Assembly (NCBI GenBank): GCA_945861785.1
Contig: CAMAWD010000007.1
Coordinates: 13,730 to 77,729 of the forward strand
Reading direction: 5' to 3'
Source: Rhodoferax sp. OV413
GTDB taxonomy: Bacteria > Pseudomonadota > Gammaproteobacteria > Burkholderiales > Burkholderiaceae_C
Length of the DNA: 64,000 bases
The first letter of the stretch is position 1. Every line of letters starts with the position of its first letter. This document shows, piece after piece, positions 46,965 through 55,642 of the stretch. The notes beneath the pieces were generated by a model. The model did not search any database, was not told the DNA's origin, and saw only the letters and a program-made list of their open reading frames with translations. Both the position numbers and the translations under genes were made by a program.

Positions 46965-48221
46965 TTAGCCATGGAGGGCGAATTTCTTGGCATGCGGGCC
47001 CATCAGTTCGGTGCCGCGGACTTCGGTCCAGTACATCCAGATCAGCGACACCCAGACCACGCCGTACATCAGCATGAAGGCGCTGGACCGGATGCCCGTG
47101 AGGTCCATCAGCGCGCCGAACATGATGGGAAGGACGAAACCGCCCAGTCCGCCGGCCAGGCCGACGATGCCGCTGACCGTGCCGATGTTGGTGGGGTAGT
47201 CGTCGCTGATGTACTTGAAGACACTCGCCTTGCCGAAGGCCCAGGCGATGCCGAGCAGGAACATCAGTGCGGTGAAAAGGTACACATTCAGGCCGATGTG
47301 GAAGGTCTTTGGGCCATTGATGGTGGTGATGGTGAAATCGGTTTGTGGGTAGCTCAGCAGGAACAGGCAGATCCAGCTCACCCACAACACCCACCACGTC
47401 ACGCTGTGCGCGCCGTATTTGTCGGAGAACCAGCCGCCGACCGCACGCAGCACCCCCCCAGGCAGCGAGAAGCAGGCGGCCAGCAACGCGGCGGCACGGA
47501 TGTCCAGCCCGAACTCGCCCACGTAGTACTGCACCATCCACAAGGACATCGCCACGTAGCCGCCGAACACGATCGAGTAGTACTGGCAGTACTTCAGGAC
47601 TTTGGGCTCGCGCAGCATCTTGAGCTGGTCGCTGAACCTGGTATTGGAGGGCGCCAGGTGGGCCGGGTTGCTGTAACTGAACATCCAGAACAGCACCACC
47701 GTGCCCAGCATGATCGCCGCGTAGATCTGCGGCACCATGGTCCAGCCGAACGCCACCAGCAAGGCGGGTGCGACGAACTTGTTGACTGCCGCGCCGGAGT
47801 TGCCAGCGCCGTACACCCCCATCGCGAAACCCTGGTTGTCCTTGGGGAACCAGCGCGCCACATAAGGCGTGCCGACCGAGAAGGAGCCCCCCGCGAGCCC
47901 CACAAACAGGCCGATCACCAGGAAGTGCCAGTAGGCGGTTGCGTAACCCATCATCCAGATCGCGGGCACGGTGATCGCCATCAGGATCGTCATCACGATG
48001 CGGCCGCCGTACTTGTCGGTCCAGATGCCGAGCGGAACCCGGATCAACGATCCGGTAAGCACCGGGGTCGCGGTCAGCAGGCCGAATTCGGTCGAGTTGA
48101 GGTTCAGTGCCTTCTTGATCGGGATGCCGATCACACCGAACATCATCCACACCATGAAGCAGACGGTGAATGCCAGCGTGCTGACGATCAGCACCGACAG
48201 CGCTTGTCCTTTTCGGGTCAT
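46965..48221 (-). CDS. narK: Nitrate/nitrite transporter (NarK1-like)
   Basis: GLAGGSFSVG, GVYGAGNSG, GLAGGLGGF. Confidence 0.93.
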   Translation of the reverse strand: MTRKGQALSVLIVSTLAFTVCFMVWMMFGVIGIPIKKALNLNSTEFGLLTATPVLTGSLIRVPLGIWTDKYGGRIVMTILMAITVPAIWMMGYATAYWHFLVIGLFVGLAGGSFSVGTPYVARWFPKDNQGFAMGVYGAGNSGAAVNKFVAPALLVAFGWTMVPQIYAAIMLGTVVLFWMFSYSNPAHLAPSNTRFSDQLKMLREPKVLKYCQYYSIVFGGYVAMSLWMVQYYVGEFGLDIRAAALLAACFSLPGGVLRAVGGWFSDKYGAHSVTWWVLWVSWICLFLLSYPQTDFTITTINGPKTFHIGLNVYLFTALMFLLGIAWAFGKASVFKYISDDYPTNIGTVSGIVGLAGGLGGFVLPIMFGALMDLTGIRSSAFMLMYGVVWVSLIWMYWTEVRGTELMGPHAKKFALHG

Positions 48222-48332
48222 GTCAAAGCTCCTTTTTGCATGACACGACTCTAGGTTTGCCGGCCGTTGCGCGCCATCCGCCAGTGGAGCTGGCGTGGGG
48301 ATGCAGAGGAACTACACCGCGCCGGTGGCGCG

Positions 48333-48348
48333 TAGTTCTGTGGAACTA
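48333..48348. promoter_or_regulatory. Candidate NarL 7-2-7 palindrome
   Basis: TAGTTCT-GT-GGAACTA, plus a half-site AGGAACTA at 48308-48315, upstream of narK. Confidence 0.5.
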
Positions 48349-48372
48349 GCGGTCGGCCTGGTTGGCGATTTG

Positions 48373-48386
48373 TTGCGCCAGGTCAA
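48373..48386 (-). promoter_or_regulatory. FNR-like box upstream of the narK-narG operon
   Basis: TTGAC-CTGG-CGCAA on the minus strand (partial match to consensus). Confidence 0.5.
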
Positions 48387-48458
48387 ATCGGTACAGCGTG
48401 CCAAAGGGGCCAATCGGTCTCCGGCCGCCGAACGCGTCGTCGGGTGGCCACAGGCAAC

Positions 48459-49148
48459 TCAGGCCAGCCCGTTTTCAGTGGCCATCACGGCCGCATGCAC
48501 GCGTGAACTCACGTCGAGTTTGCGCAAGATGTGCTGTACGTGGATCTTGACCGTGGTCTCGGCGATCAGCAGCTTGCGCGCGATTTCCTTGTTGCTGTCG
48601 CCCGCGGCGATGCCGCGCAGGATTTCCAGCTCGCGTGGAGACAGACTGGCCAAAGGTGATGCCGCCAAAGCCGGACCGGGCGCCATGGTCGGGGGCACGA
48701 GACCCGCGGCATTGCGGTAGGCGGTCACCAGTTTGCCGGTCATCTCCGGGGCAAGCACATGTTCGCCCCGCATCGCCCGGCGGATGGCCTGCGACAAAGC
48801 GTCACCTTCCATCGTTTTGAGCAGGTAACCACTGGCGCCGTTGCGCAGTGCAGTGGCCAGGTCGTCGGCATCTTCGCTCACAGTGAGCATCAGGATGCAC
48901 GCTCGCGGAGCTGCCTGGCGCAGGGCGGGCAGGGCGTCCACCCCTTTTACCCCCGGAAGGTGGTTGTCGAGCAGGATCACGTCGGGTTGCCATTCGAGGG
49001 CGCGGCGTTGCGCTTCGCCAGCGTCGGCGGCATCACCCACCACCACGAACTGCGGGTCACGCGCCAGCAGGGCCGTCAGGCCGCGCCGGAACAGGGTGTG
49101 GTCGTCGACGACAAGGATGCGGGTGACGGAAGGGGTGCTGTCAGGCAT
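48459..49148 (-). CDS. narL: Nitrate/nitrite response regulator (LuxR-type HTH)
   Basis: VVDDHTLFRRG receiver domain; LSPRELEIL...SNKEIARKL...TVKIHV. Confidence 0.93.
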   Translation of the reverse strand: MPDSTPSVTRILVVDDHTLFRRGLTALLARDPQFVVVGDAADAGEAQRRALEWQPDVILLDNHLPGVKGVDALPALRQAAPRACILMLTVSEDADDLATALRNGASGYLLKTMEGDALSQAIRRAMRGEHVLAPEMTGKLVTAYRNAAGLVPPTMAPGPALAASPLASLSPRELEILRGIAAGDSNKEIARKLLIAETTVKIHVQHILRKLDVSSRVHAAVMATENGLA

Positions 49149-51084
49149 GGGTCGGTTCGGCTCTCAGGGCGGTGGAGGCCTCGGCCGCCCGGTCGACCGG
49201 CATGGAGCCGCTTGCACCTGAGACGGTTTGCGACAGGGTCAGGATGACTGAGGTGCCGTGCCCCGGGCGTGCCAGCACCTCCAGCGCCGCGCCAACGCGT
49301 TGTGCGCGCTCGGCCATGATGCGCAGGCCGACATGGGTTTCGTCCTGGCCGTGTTGCATGTCGAAACCAGTGCCGTTGTCACGCACTTCGAAGCGCCACC
49401 GGGGCTGCTGCCGCACCTCGAGCCAGACTTGCGTTGCGCCGGCATGTTTGCGCACGTTGGACAGCGCCTCCTGCAGGATGTGCAGCACCTGGATCTGCAG
49501 GTCGGGCGCAAGGGGCAGGGCATTGCCCTGCATGTGGAGCGCGGCGGGAATGCCGGTCTGCTGTTCGAACTTGCGCAAGGTCGTTTGCAGGGCGGGCTCG
49601 ATGTCCTCGGCGCTGGTGCGGGTGCGGAAGTGGACCAGCAGTTCGCGCACGTCGGCATAACTCTCGCGCACACCGGCATCGATCTCCTGCAGCACGCTCT
49701 GGGCCTGTTGCGGATTGTGCTGGTCGAGCGCGTCCTGCATCAGCTGCACCTGGATCTTGAGGAAGGCCAGCGACTGTGCGATCGAATCGTGCAGTTCACG
49801 CGCAATGAAGCTGCGCTCCTGGGACACTGCCGCTTCCTTCTCCAGCGACAGCAGGCGGATGTTTTCCATGGCGGCTGCCAGGTGGGCGGTGAGTGCCTCC
49901 AGCAGGGAGCGCTCCGAAGCGGTGACATCGCACTGGGCATGGAAGAACAGGTCGACTTCGCCCATCAGCCGCTCGTGCAGCCGGATCGGGACCGAGACGA
50001 TCGTCTCGAAACCCGCGCGCCTGCAGTGTGGCAAGCGGGCCGGGTTGGCCTCGCGGATCGGTATGACGCGCACTGCGGTGCTGGTCCCGGATGTGCCGCA
50101 ATGGCAGTCGCCGGCGCGCACGCAATGTTCGGCTTCCAGCATGGACTGGGGCAGGCCCTCCGACGCCAGCATCAGGTAGCGTTCGTTGGTTTCGTCGGAC
50201 CATCGCAGTGCCGCCGCATCGGCTTTGGCGACCTCGCGCACCCGTTGCACGAACCCCTGCGTGAGGCCTTGCAAGGTCGTGGCGCTGCCCACCAGCGAGG
50301 TCACGCTGTACAGGGCCTCGAGGCGTTCGCGTTTTTCCTGGAGCTCGGAGGTCTTCTCGGCCACCCGGGCCTCCAGGTGCCGGTACATGGACTGCACGTG
50401 CCCGGCCATGCCGTTGAACCCTTCCGCCAGCATGCCGAATTCATCGGTGCTCACACGCTCGACGCGCGCCGAAAAGTCGCCGTCCTGCATGCGGCGGATG
50501 GCTTGTTTCAGCACACCGACCGGCTCCAGCACGAACAGGTAACCGGTGTAGACCAGCACCGAGGCACCGATCACGGCCAGCGCCATCGTGGCCAACTGCG
50601 CCAGGTGCAACAAGGCGGTCCAGCGCGACATGTGGGTTTCGATGGCCTGAACCAGCGCATCGATATGGGTGACGAACCCGGCCGTATCCTGGTTGAGCGA
50701 TGTGGTGTCAGGCGGATTCGCGCTTGTCCAGCGCTGCTGGAAGCCGCGCCAGTCGCTTTCCACCGAACCAAAGCGGGTGCGCACCGTGTCGTCCCAGGGC
50801 ACGAACAGCGGGCGATCCGGGTTGCCGTTGCGCAGTTGCTCCAGCGCGCCATTGAACTCTTCGACTTGCCGGGGCAGCCGATCGCGGCTGTCGGTGCCCA
50901 CCGAGAGCGCCATGCGGTAGGCCTGCATGCGCATGCGGCCGGCTTCGTTCACTGCTGCCGCGCCGCCCTCCAGCTGCCAGGACACCCACAATGTCATGGC
51001 GATGGAAAACAAGGCCAGCAACAGGAAAGGCGTAGCCACCAGCGCCAGCTTGGCGCCCAGACTCCAGTGTTTGCGCGGTGTCAT
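49141..51084 (-). CDS. narX: Nitrate/nitrite sensor histidine kinase
   Basis: P-box AVNEAGRMRMQAYR, HAMP, GAF-like region, ERSFIARELHDSIAQ. Confidence 0.95.
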   Translation of the reverse strand: MTPRKHWSLGAKLALVATPFLLLALFSIAMTLWVSWQLEGGAAAVNEAGRMRMQAYRMALSVGTDSRDRLPRQVEEFNGALEQLRNGNPDRPLFVPWDDTVRTRFGSVESDWRGFQQRWTSANPPDTTSLNQDTAGFVTHIDALVQAIETHMSRWTALLHLAQLATMALAVIGASVLVYTGYLFVLEPVGVLKQAIRRMQDGDFSARVERVSTDEFGMLAEGFNGMAGHVQSMYRHLEARVAEKTSELQEKRERLEALYSVTSLVGSATTLQGLTQGFVQRVREVAKADAAALRWSDETNERYLMLASEGLPQSMLEAEHCVRAGDCHCGTSGTSTAVRVIPIREANPARLPHCRRAGFETIVSVPIRLHERLMGEVDLFFHAQCDVTASERSLLEALTAHLAAAMENIRLLSLEKEAAVSQERSFIARELHDSIAQSLAFLKIQVQLMQDALDQHNPQQAQSVLQEIDAGVRESYADVRELLVHFRTRTSAEDIEPALQTTLRKFEQQTGIPAALHMQGNALPLAPDLQIQVLHILQEALSNVRKHAGATQVWLEVRQQPRWRFEVRDNGTGFDMQHGQDETHVGLRIMAERAQRVGAALEVLARPGHGTSVILTLSQTVSGASGSMPVDRAAEASTALRAEPTHA

Positions 51085-51109
51085 CGCCCCATTATGGAGC
51101 GCGCAAGAC

Positions 51110-52297
51110 TCAGGCCGTGCGCTCGAAGATGGCGGCGATGCCCTGGCCGCCGCCGATACACATCGTGACGAGGGCGTACCTGCCCTGGATACGCTGCAAC
51201 TCGTACAGCGCCTTGACGGTGATCAATGCGCCAGTGGCGCCGATCGGGTGACCAAGTGATATGCCGGATCCGTTGGGGTTGACCTTGGCCGGGTCGAGCC
51301 CGAGGTCCCGGGTGACGGCGCAGGCCTGGGCCGCAAAGGCTTCGTTGGCTTCGATGACGTCGAGGTCGTTGACGCTGAGCCCGAGCTTTTTCAGCAACTT
51401 CTGCGAGGCCGGCACCGGGCCGATGCCCATGTATTTGGGATCGACACCGGCGTGTGCGTAACCGACCAGGCGCGCCAGCGGCTGCAGGCCGCGTGCCTTG
51501 GCGGTGTCACTGTCCATCAGCACCACCGCAGCGGCGGCGTCGTTGATGCCGGATGCGTTGCCGGCAGTCACAGTGCCATTTTCCTTGAGGAAGGCCGGTT
51601 TGAGCTTGGCCATGTCCTCGAGCGAGCAGTTGGCGCGGAAATGCTCGTCGGTGTCAAACGCGATGTCGCCCTTGCGGCTCTTGAGAACGACCGGGACGAT
51701 CTGGCTTTTGAAGTAACCCGCCTTGATGGCGCGTTCCGCGCGGTTGTGGCTTTGCAGTGCCAACTGGTCCTGGTCGGCGCGGGTGATGCCCCACTTGGCG
51801 GCGATGTTTTCGGCCGTGATACCCATGTGGATGGTGTGGAACGGATCGTGCAGCGCGCCCATCATCATGTCGATCATCTTGGTGTCGCCCATGCGCGAGC
51901 CCCAGCGGCTGCTGAGGCTGGCGTACGGCGCGCGGCTCATGTTCTCGGCGCCGCCACCGATGGCGATGTCGCAATCACCCAGCGCGATCGATTGGGCCGC
52001 CGACACAATGGCCTGCAGGCCGGAGCCGCACAGGCGGTTGACGTTGAAGGCCGGTGTGCCCTCGCCACAGCCGCCGTTGATGGCCGCCACGCGTGACAGG
52101 TACATGTCTTTCGGTTCTGTGTTCACGACGTGGCCGAACACCACATGGCCGACGTCTTCACCGGCCACGCCTGCACGTTGCAGTGACTCACGCACCACCT
52201 GCGCACCGAGTTCGGTGGGCGGAACGTCCTTGAGGGCGCCTCCAAAGGTGCCGATGGCGGTACGGACGGCACTGACGACTACGATTTCACGGCGCAT
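51110..52297 (-). CDS. bktB: Beta-ketothiolase
   Basis: NRLCGSG, NEAFA, GHPIGATG, CIGGGQG; EPKDMYLSRVAA typical of BktB. Confidence 0.92.
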   Translation of the reverse strand: MRREIVVVSAVRTAIGTFGGALKDVPPTELGAQVVRESLQRAGVAGEDVGHVVFGHVVNTEPKDMYLSRVAAINGGCGEGTPAFNVNRLCGSGLQAIVSAAQSIALGDCDIAIGGGAENMSRAPYASLSSRWGSRMGDTKMIDMMMGALHDPFHTIHMGITAENIAAKWGITRADQDQLALQSHNRAERAIKAGYFKSQIVPVVLKSRKGDIAFDTDEHFRANCSLEDMAKLKPAFLKENGTVTAGNASGINDAAAAVVLMDSDTAKARGLQPLARLVGYAHAGVDPKYMGIGPVPASQKLLKKLGLSVNDLDVIEANEAFAAQACAVTRDLGLDPAKVNPNGSGISLGHPIGATGALITVKALYELQRIQGRYALVTMCIGGGQGIAAIFERTA

Positions 52298-52390
52298 GGG
52301 TTTTCCTTGGTGTTGCAGGGGGATGGGTGTCAAGTCTGACGCAAGTGCATCCATTTTACGGAGTGCCAGCCGGGCGTGGAACCGCTGCCA

Positions 52391-52415
52391 GGGAACATCG
52401 AAACAAACCGAAACA
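52391..52415 (+). promoter_or_regulatory. OmpR-family tandem direct-repeat site
   Basis: GAAAC-N5-GAAAC (52400-52414) plus degenerate GGAAC upstream, ahead of a cpxP-like gene. Confidence 0.5.
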
Positions 52416-52497
52416 CGCCGATACCGCGTTGAAAGCACCTGGCGGCCGGCCCACGGCACGATGGAGTCCTGTTCAACCACTTTTGAAAGTACCCACC

Positions 52498-52968
52498 ATG
52501 AAACTCTGGATCAAACGCTCCCTGATCGGCCTGTTCGGGGCCACCCTCGTTCTGGGCGGTCTGACTGCCTGCGGCCACCGCCACAGCGGTCATGGCATGG
52601 CCATCAGCGAGGAGGACTCAGCCAAATTCAAGGCCCGCATGGTCGAACGTGTGGGCAAGGAACTCGAACTCAACGAACCGCAGAAGCAACGCCTGGCCAT
52701 ATTGGGTGAGCGCCTGCGCGACCAGCGCCTGGCGCTGGTCGGCAAGACGACCGACCCGCGCGCCGAGGTGCAGGCACTGGTCGCCGGGCCGCAATTCGAC
52801 CGTGCCCGCGCTCAGGCTGTCATAGAGGAAAAGACCGCTGCGCTGCGCGGCAAGAGCCCGGAGGTGATCGCGGCCGCCGGTGACTTCTTTGACAGCCTGA
52901 CCCCGGTGCAGCAGCAAAAGGTGCGCGACTTCATGCAACGCCGGCATGGCTGGTTCAGCCGCAGCTGA
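52498..52968 (+). CDS. Spy/CpxP-family periplasmic lipoprotein
   Basis: LTAC lipobox, His-rich linker, two LTxxQ-like motifs (LNEPQ, LTPVQ). Confidence 0.85.
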   Translation: MKLWIKRSLIGLFGATLVLGGLTACGHRHSGHGMAISEEDSAKFKARMVERVGKELELNEPQKQRLAILGERLRDQRLALVGKTTDPRAEVQALVAGPQFDRARAQAVIEEKTAALRGKSPEVIAAAGDFFDSLTPVQQQKVRDFMQRRHGWFSRS

Positions 52969-52994
52969 GCGCAGGCGCGGTGGGACAATCGGCC

Positions 52995-53666
52995 ATGGTC
53001 AGGATTTTGTTGATCGATGACGACGCGCAATTGGGCCCACCGCTGGCTGTGTACTTCCAGCGTTTCGAGATGGTGCTGGAGTGCGCGACCCGCCCCAGCG
53101 AAGGGCTGGCCAGGTTGCGTGGCGGCAATTTCGACGCCGCGATCCTGGACGTGATGCTGCCCGAGATGGACGGTTTTGCCCTGTGCCGTGCAATTCGCCG
53201 CGACAGCGACATCCCGATCATCATGCTGACCGCCCGCGGAGAAGTGACCGACCGCGTGGTCGGGCTGGAACTCGGGGCTGACGACTACCTGCCCAAACCA
53301 TTCGAGCCACGCGAACTCGTCGCGCGCCTTCAGACGGTGCTGCGCCGCCGCCGCGCCAGTGGCACCGGGCAGCGCCTGGTATTCGAGGGGCTGGAACTGG
53401 ACCTCGACAAACGTACGGTGCACCGGCACGGGCTGGCCGTCGAGCTGACCGGCACGGAATTCGACCTGCTTGCCATGCTGGCGCGTGATCCGGGTCGGGT
53501 GTTCACACGGGACGACATCCTGAACCACCTGCGCGGACACGAGGCCGAGCTCTACACCCGCGCCGTGGACATCGTGGTGAGCCGCCTGCGCAAGAAGCTC
53601 GAGCCGCTGGACTGCATCAAGACACTGCGCAATGCCGGTTACGCACTGGCGGTCGGCCGTGCCTGA
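52995..53666 (+). CDS. OmpR-family response regulator (CpxR-like)
   Basis: LLIDDD, LDVMLP, LELGADDYLPKPF, wHTH ..TLRNAGY. Confidence 0.95.
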   Translation: MVRILLIDDDAQLGPPLAVYFQRFEMVLECATRPSEGLARLRGGNFDAAILDVMLPEMDGFALCRAIRRDSDIPIIMLTARGEVTDRVVGLELGADDYLPKPFEPRELVARLQTVLRRRRASGTGQRLVFEGLELDLDKRTVHRHGLAVELTGTEFDLLAMLARDPGRVFTRDDILNHLRGHEAELYTRAVDIVVSRLRKKLEPLDCIKTLRNAGYALAVGRA

Positions 53667-54987
53667 CGGCCTCCGCCAGCGCTGGCACCGGCGCGCGCGT
53701 TATGCGCTCAAGCGCTCGCTGCGGCTCAAGTTGTTGCTGGTGTTCCTCTTGCTGGCCATGGGTATGGCGCTCATCTTTCTGGTCGGGTCGCAGCGCGCAC
53801 TCGGCAGCGGCTGGCGCCAGGCGGTCGCGCCTTTGCTCGCCGACTACGTGGACCGGCTCGCCTCCGACATCGGGTCGCCGCCCAGCGTCGATCGGGCGCA
53901 GGCGCTGGCGCAACGGCTGCCGATCAAGATCCGGATCGAAGGGCCGGTGGTGCGCTGGCATTCGGCGGGAGCACCCGATGGTGTTGCGGAACCAGGTTAT
54001 GGGCAGCACTGGCGCGATGAAGACCGCCCGCGCCTGCTGGAGCGCACCACGCCGGATGGCCACCGCATCGTCTTCGGATTGGCCGATCTGCCCTGGAAAA
54101 ACCAGCCCAGGACGATCGGCTGGGCGACACTGGGCCTGTTGCTGCTGATCACCGGCTTGGCTTATGGCTACCTGAGCCGTCTGCTGCGCCCCCTGGATGA
54201 CATTCGTGCTGGCGCGCAGCGATTCGGTCGCGGCGAATTCGACCAGCCAATCAAGGTGCGCCGGCGCGATGAACTCGGTGATCTGGCCGGGCAGGTCAAT
54301 ACGATGGCGCGCGACATCCACAAGATGCTCGATGGACAAAGGGCCTTGTTGCTGGCCATCAGCCATGAACTTCGGTCGCCACTGACAAGGGCGCGGCTGA
54401 ATGCCGAGTTGTTGCCGGAAGGCCCCGCAACGGACGTGGCCCGCAGTGCGTTGCTGCGTGACCTTGCCGAGATGCGCGATCTGATCGCCGACCTGCTCGA
54501 GGGCGAACGCCTCTCGGGCGGCAAGGCCGCCATGCAGCTCGAGTCGACCGATCTCGCGGGGCTTCTCGCGGAGGTGGTCCAGGCGCGTGCCGACGCTGCC
54601 GCAGTGCGCCTTCAGCTTGCTGGCGTGTTGCCCCAAGTGGCAGTCGATCGTGTGCGTCTGCGCCTGGCGGTTCGCAACCTTTTGGACAACGCGGTGCGCC
54701 ATGGCGGCGCACAAGCCCCTGCGCCGGAATTGACGCTGAATGTTGTGGGCGGGCGGGTGCGTATCGTGGTGCGCGATTTCGGCCCCGGCGTGCAGGAGGC
54801 GCAGCTGGCGCACCTGGGCGAACCTTTCTACCGCACCGATGAGGCACGCCTGCGCAGCACGGGTGGTGTCGGCCTGGGCTTGTACCTGGCGCGGCTCGTG
54901 GCACAGGCGCACGGAGGCGAGTTGGCATTTCGCAATGCACATCCGGGCCTGGAGGCGACGCTGTCGCTGCCGGCGCGCAGTGGCTGA
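53659..54987 (+). CDS. HAMP sensor histidine kinase (CpxA-like)
   Basis: Two TM segments, HAMP, ISHELRSPL, NLLDNAVRH, GGVGLGL; start approximate. Confidence 0.93.
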   Translation: MPDGLRQRWHRRARYALKRSLRLKLLLVFLLLAMGMALIFLVGSQRALGSGWRQAVAPLLADYVDRLASDIGSPPSVDRAQALAQRLPIKIRIEGPVVRWHSAGAPDGVAEPGYGQHWRDEDRPRLLERTTPDGHRIVFGLADLPWKNQPRTIGWATLGLLLLITGLAYGYLSRLLRPLDDIRAGAQRFGRGEFDQPIKVRRRDELGDLAGQVNTMARDIHKMLDGQRALLLAISHELRSPLTRARLNAELLPEGPATDVARSALLRDLAEMRDLIADLLEGERLSGGKAAMQLESTDLAGLLAEVVQARADAAAVRLQLAGVLPQVAVDRVRLRLAVRNLLDNAVRHGGAQAPAPELTLNVVGGRVRIVVRDFGPGVQEAQLAHLGEPFYRTDEARLRSTGGVGLGLYLARLVAQAHGGELAFRNAHPGLEATLSLPARSG

Positions 54988-54997
54988 GGCCACTGCC

Positions 54998-55642
54998 TCA
55001 AAATGGCGGCGGACTGTTGAAATGCATTGTCTTGCCGGTCGCCGGGTGCGCGACGGAAAGCTGGCAGGCGTGCAGCAACAGGCGCGGTGCTGCGCTGGCG
55101 GAGTCGCCCAGGAAGTACAGCGCATCGCCCAGGATCGGGTGTCCGATGGCCAGCATGTGCACGCGCAGCTGGTGTGACCGGCCGGTTACCGGTTCAAGCT
55201 CTACCCGGGCGCGGGCAGGCTCGTCGTGTGCCAGCACCCGCCAGCGGGTCGTGCTGGGTTTTCCGGCTTCGGGAGAGACGACGCGCCGCGGCCGTTGTGG
55301 CCAGTCCAGCAGGATGGGTAATTCGATGACGCCCCAGCCTTGCGGCGGCGCGGCCAGGCGGCCCTGTACGACTGCCTGGTAGCTCTTGTGAACCTCTCTT
55401 TGCGCGAATGCGCGGCTGAGCGCCTGTTGTGCCGCCTTGCCACGCGCCATCAGCATCAGGCCGGAGGTGGCCATGTCCAGCCGGTGTACCACCAGCGCAT
55501 CCGCGTACAGTCGCTGGACCCGCGCGCTCAGGCAGTCCTGTTTGTCCGGTCCCCGTCCAGGTACCGCGAGCAGGCCAGCGGGTTTGTCGACAACCAGCAG
55601 GGCAGCGTCTGCATACAGGATGTCGGGCTCAGTGAAAGGCAC
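54998..55642 (-). CDS. RluA-family pseudouridine synthase
   Basis: DKPAGLL, VHRLDMATSG, TGRSHQLRVH. Confidence 0.93.
   Translation of the reverse strand: MPFTEPDILYADAALLVVDKPAGLLAVPGRGPDKQDCLSARVQRLYADALVVHRLDMATSGLMLMARGKAAQQALSRAFAQREVHKSYQAVVQGRLAAPPQGWGVIELPILLDWPQRPRRVVSPEAGKPSTTRWRVLAHDEPARARVELEPVTGRSHQLRVHMLAIGHPILGDALYFLGDSASAAPRLLLHACQLSVAHPATGKTMHFNSPPPF

Noticed and set aside
38307-51084. Complete denitrification pathway
   Set aside because: Only Nar, NarK and NarXL are present; no nir, nor or nos genes in the window, so pathway completeness cannot be judged.
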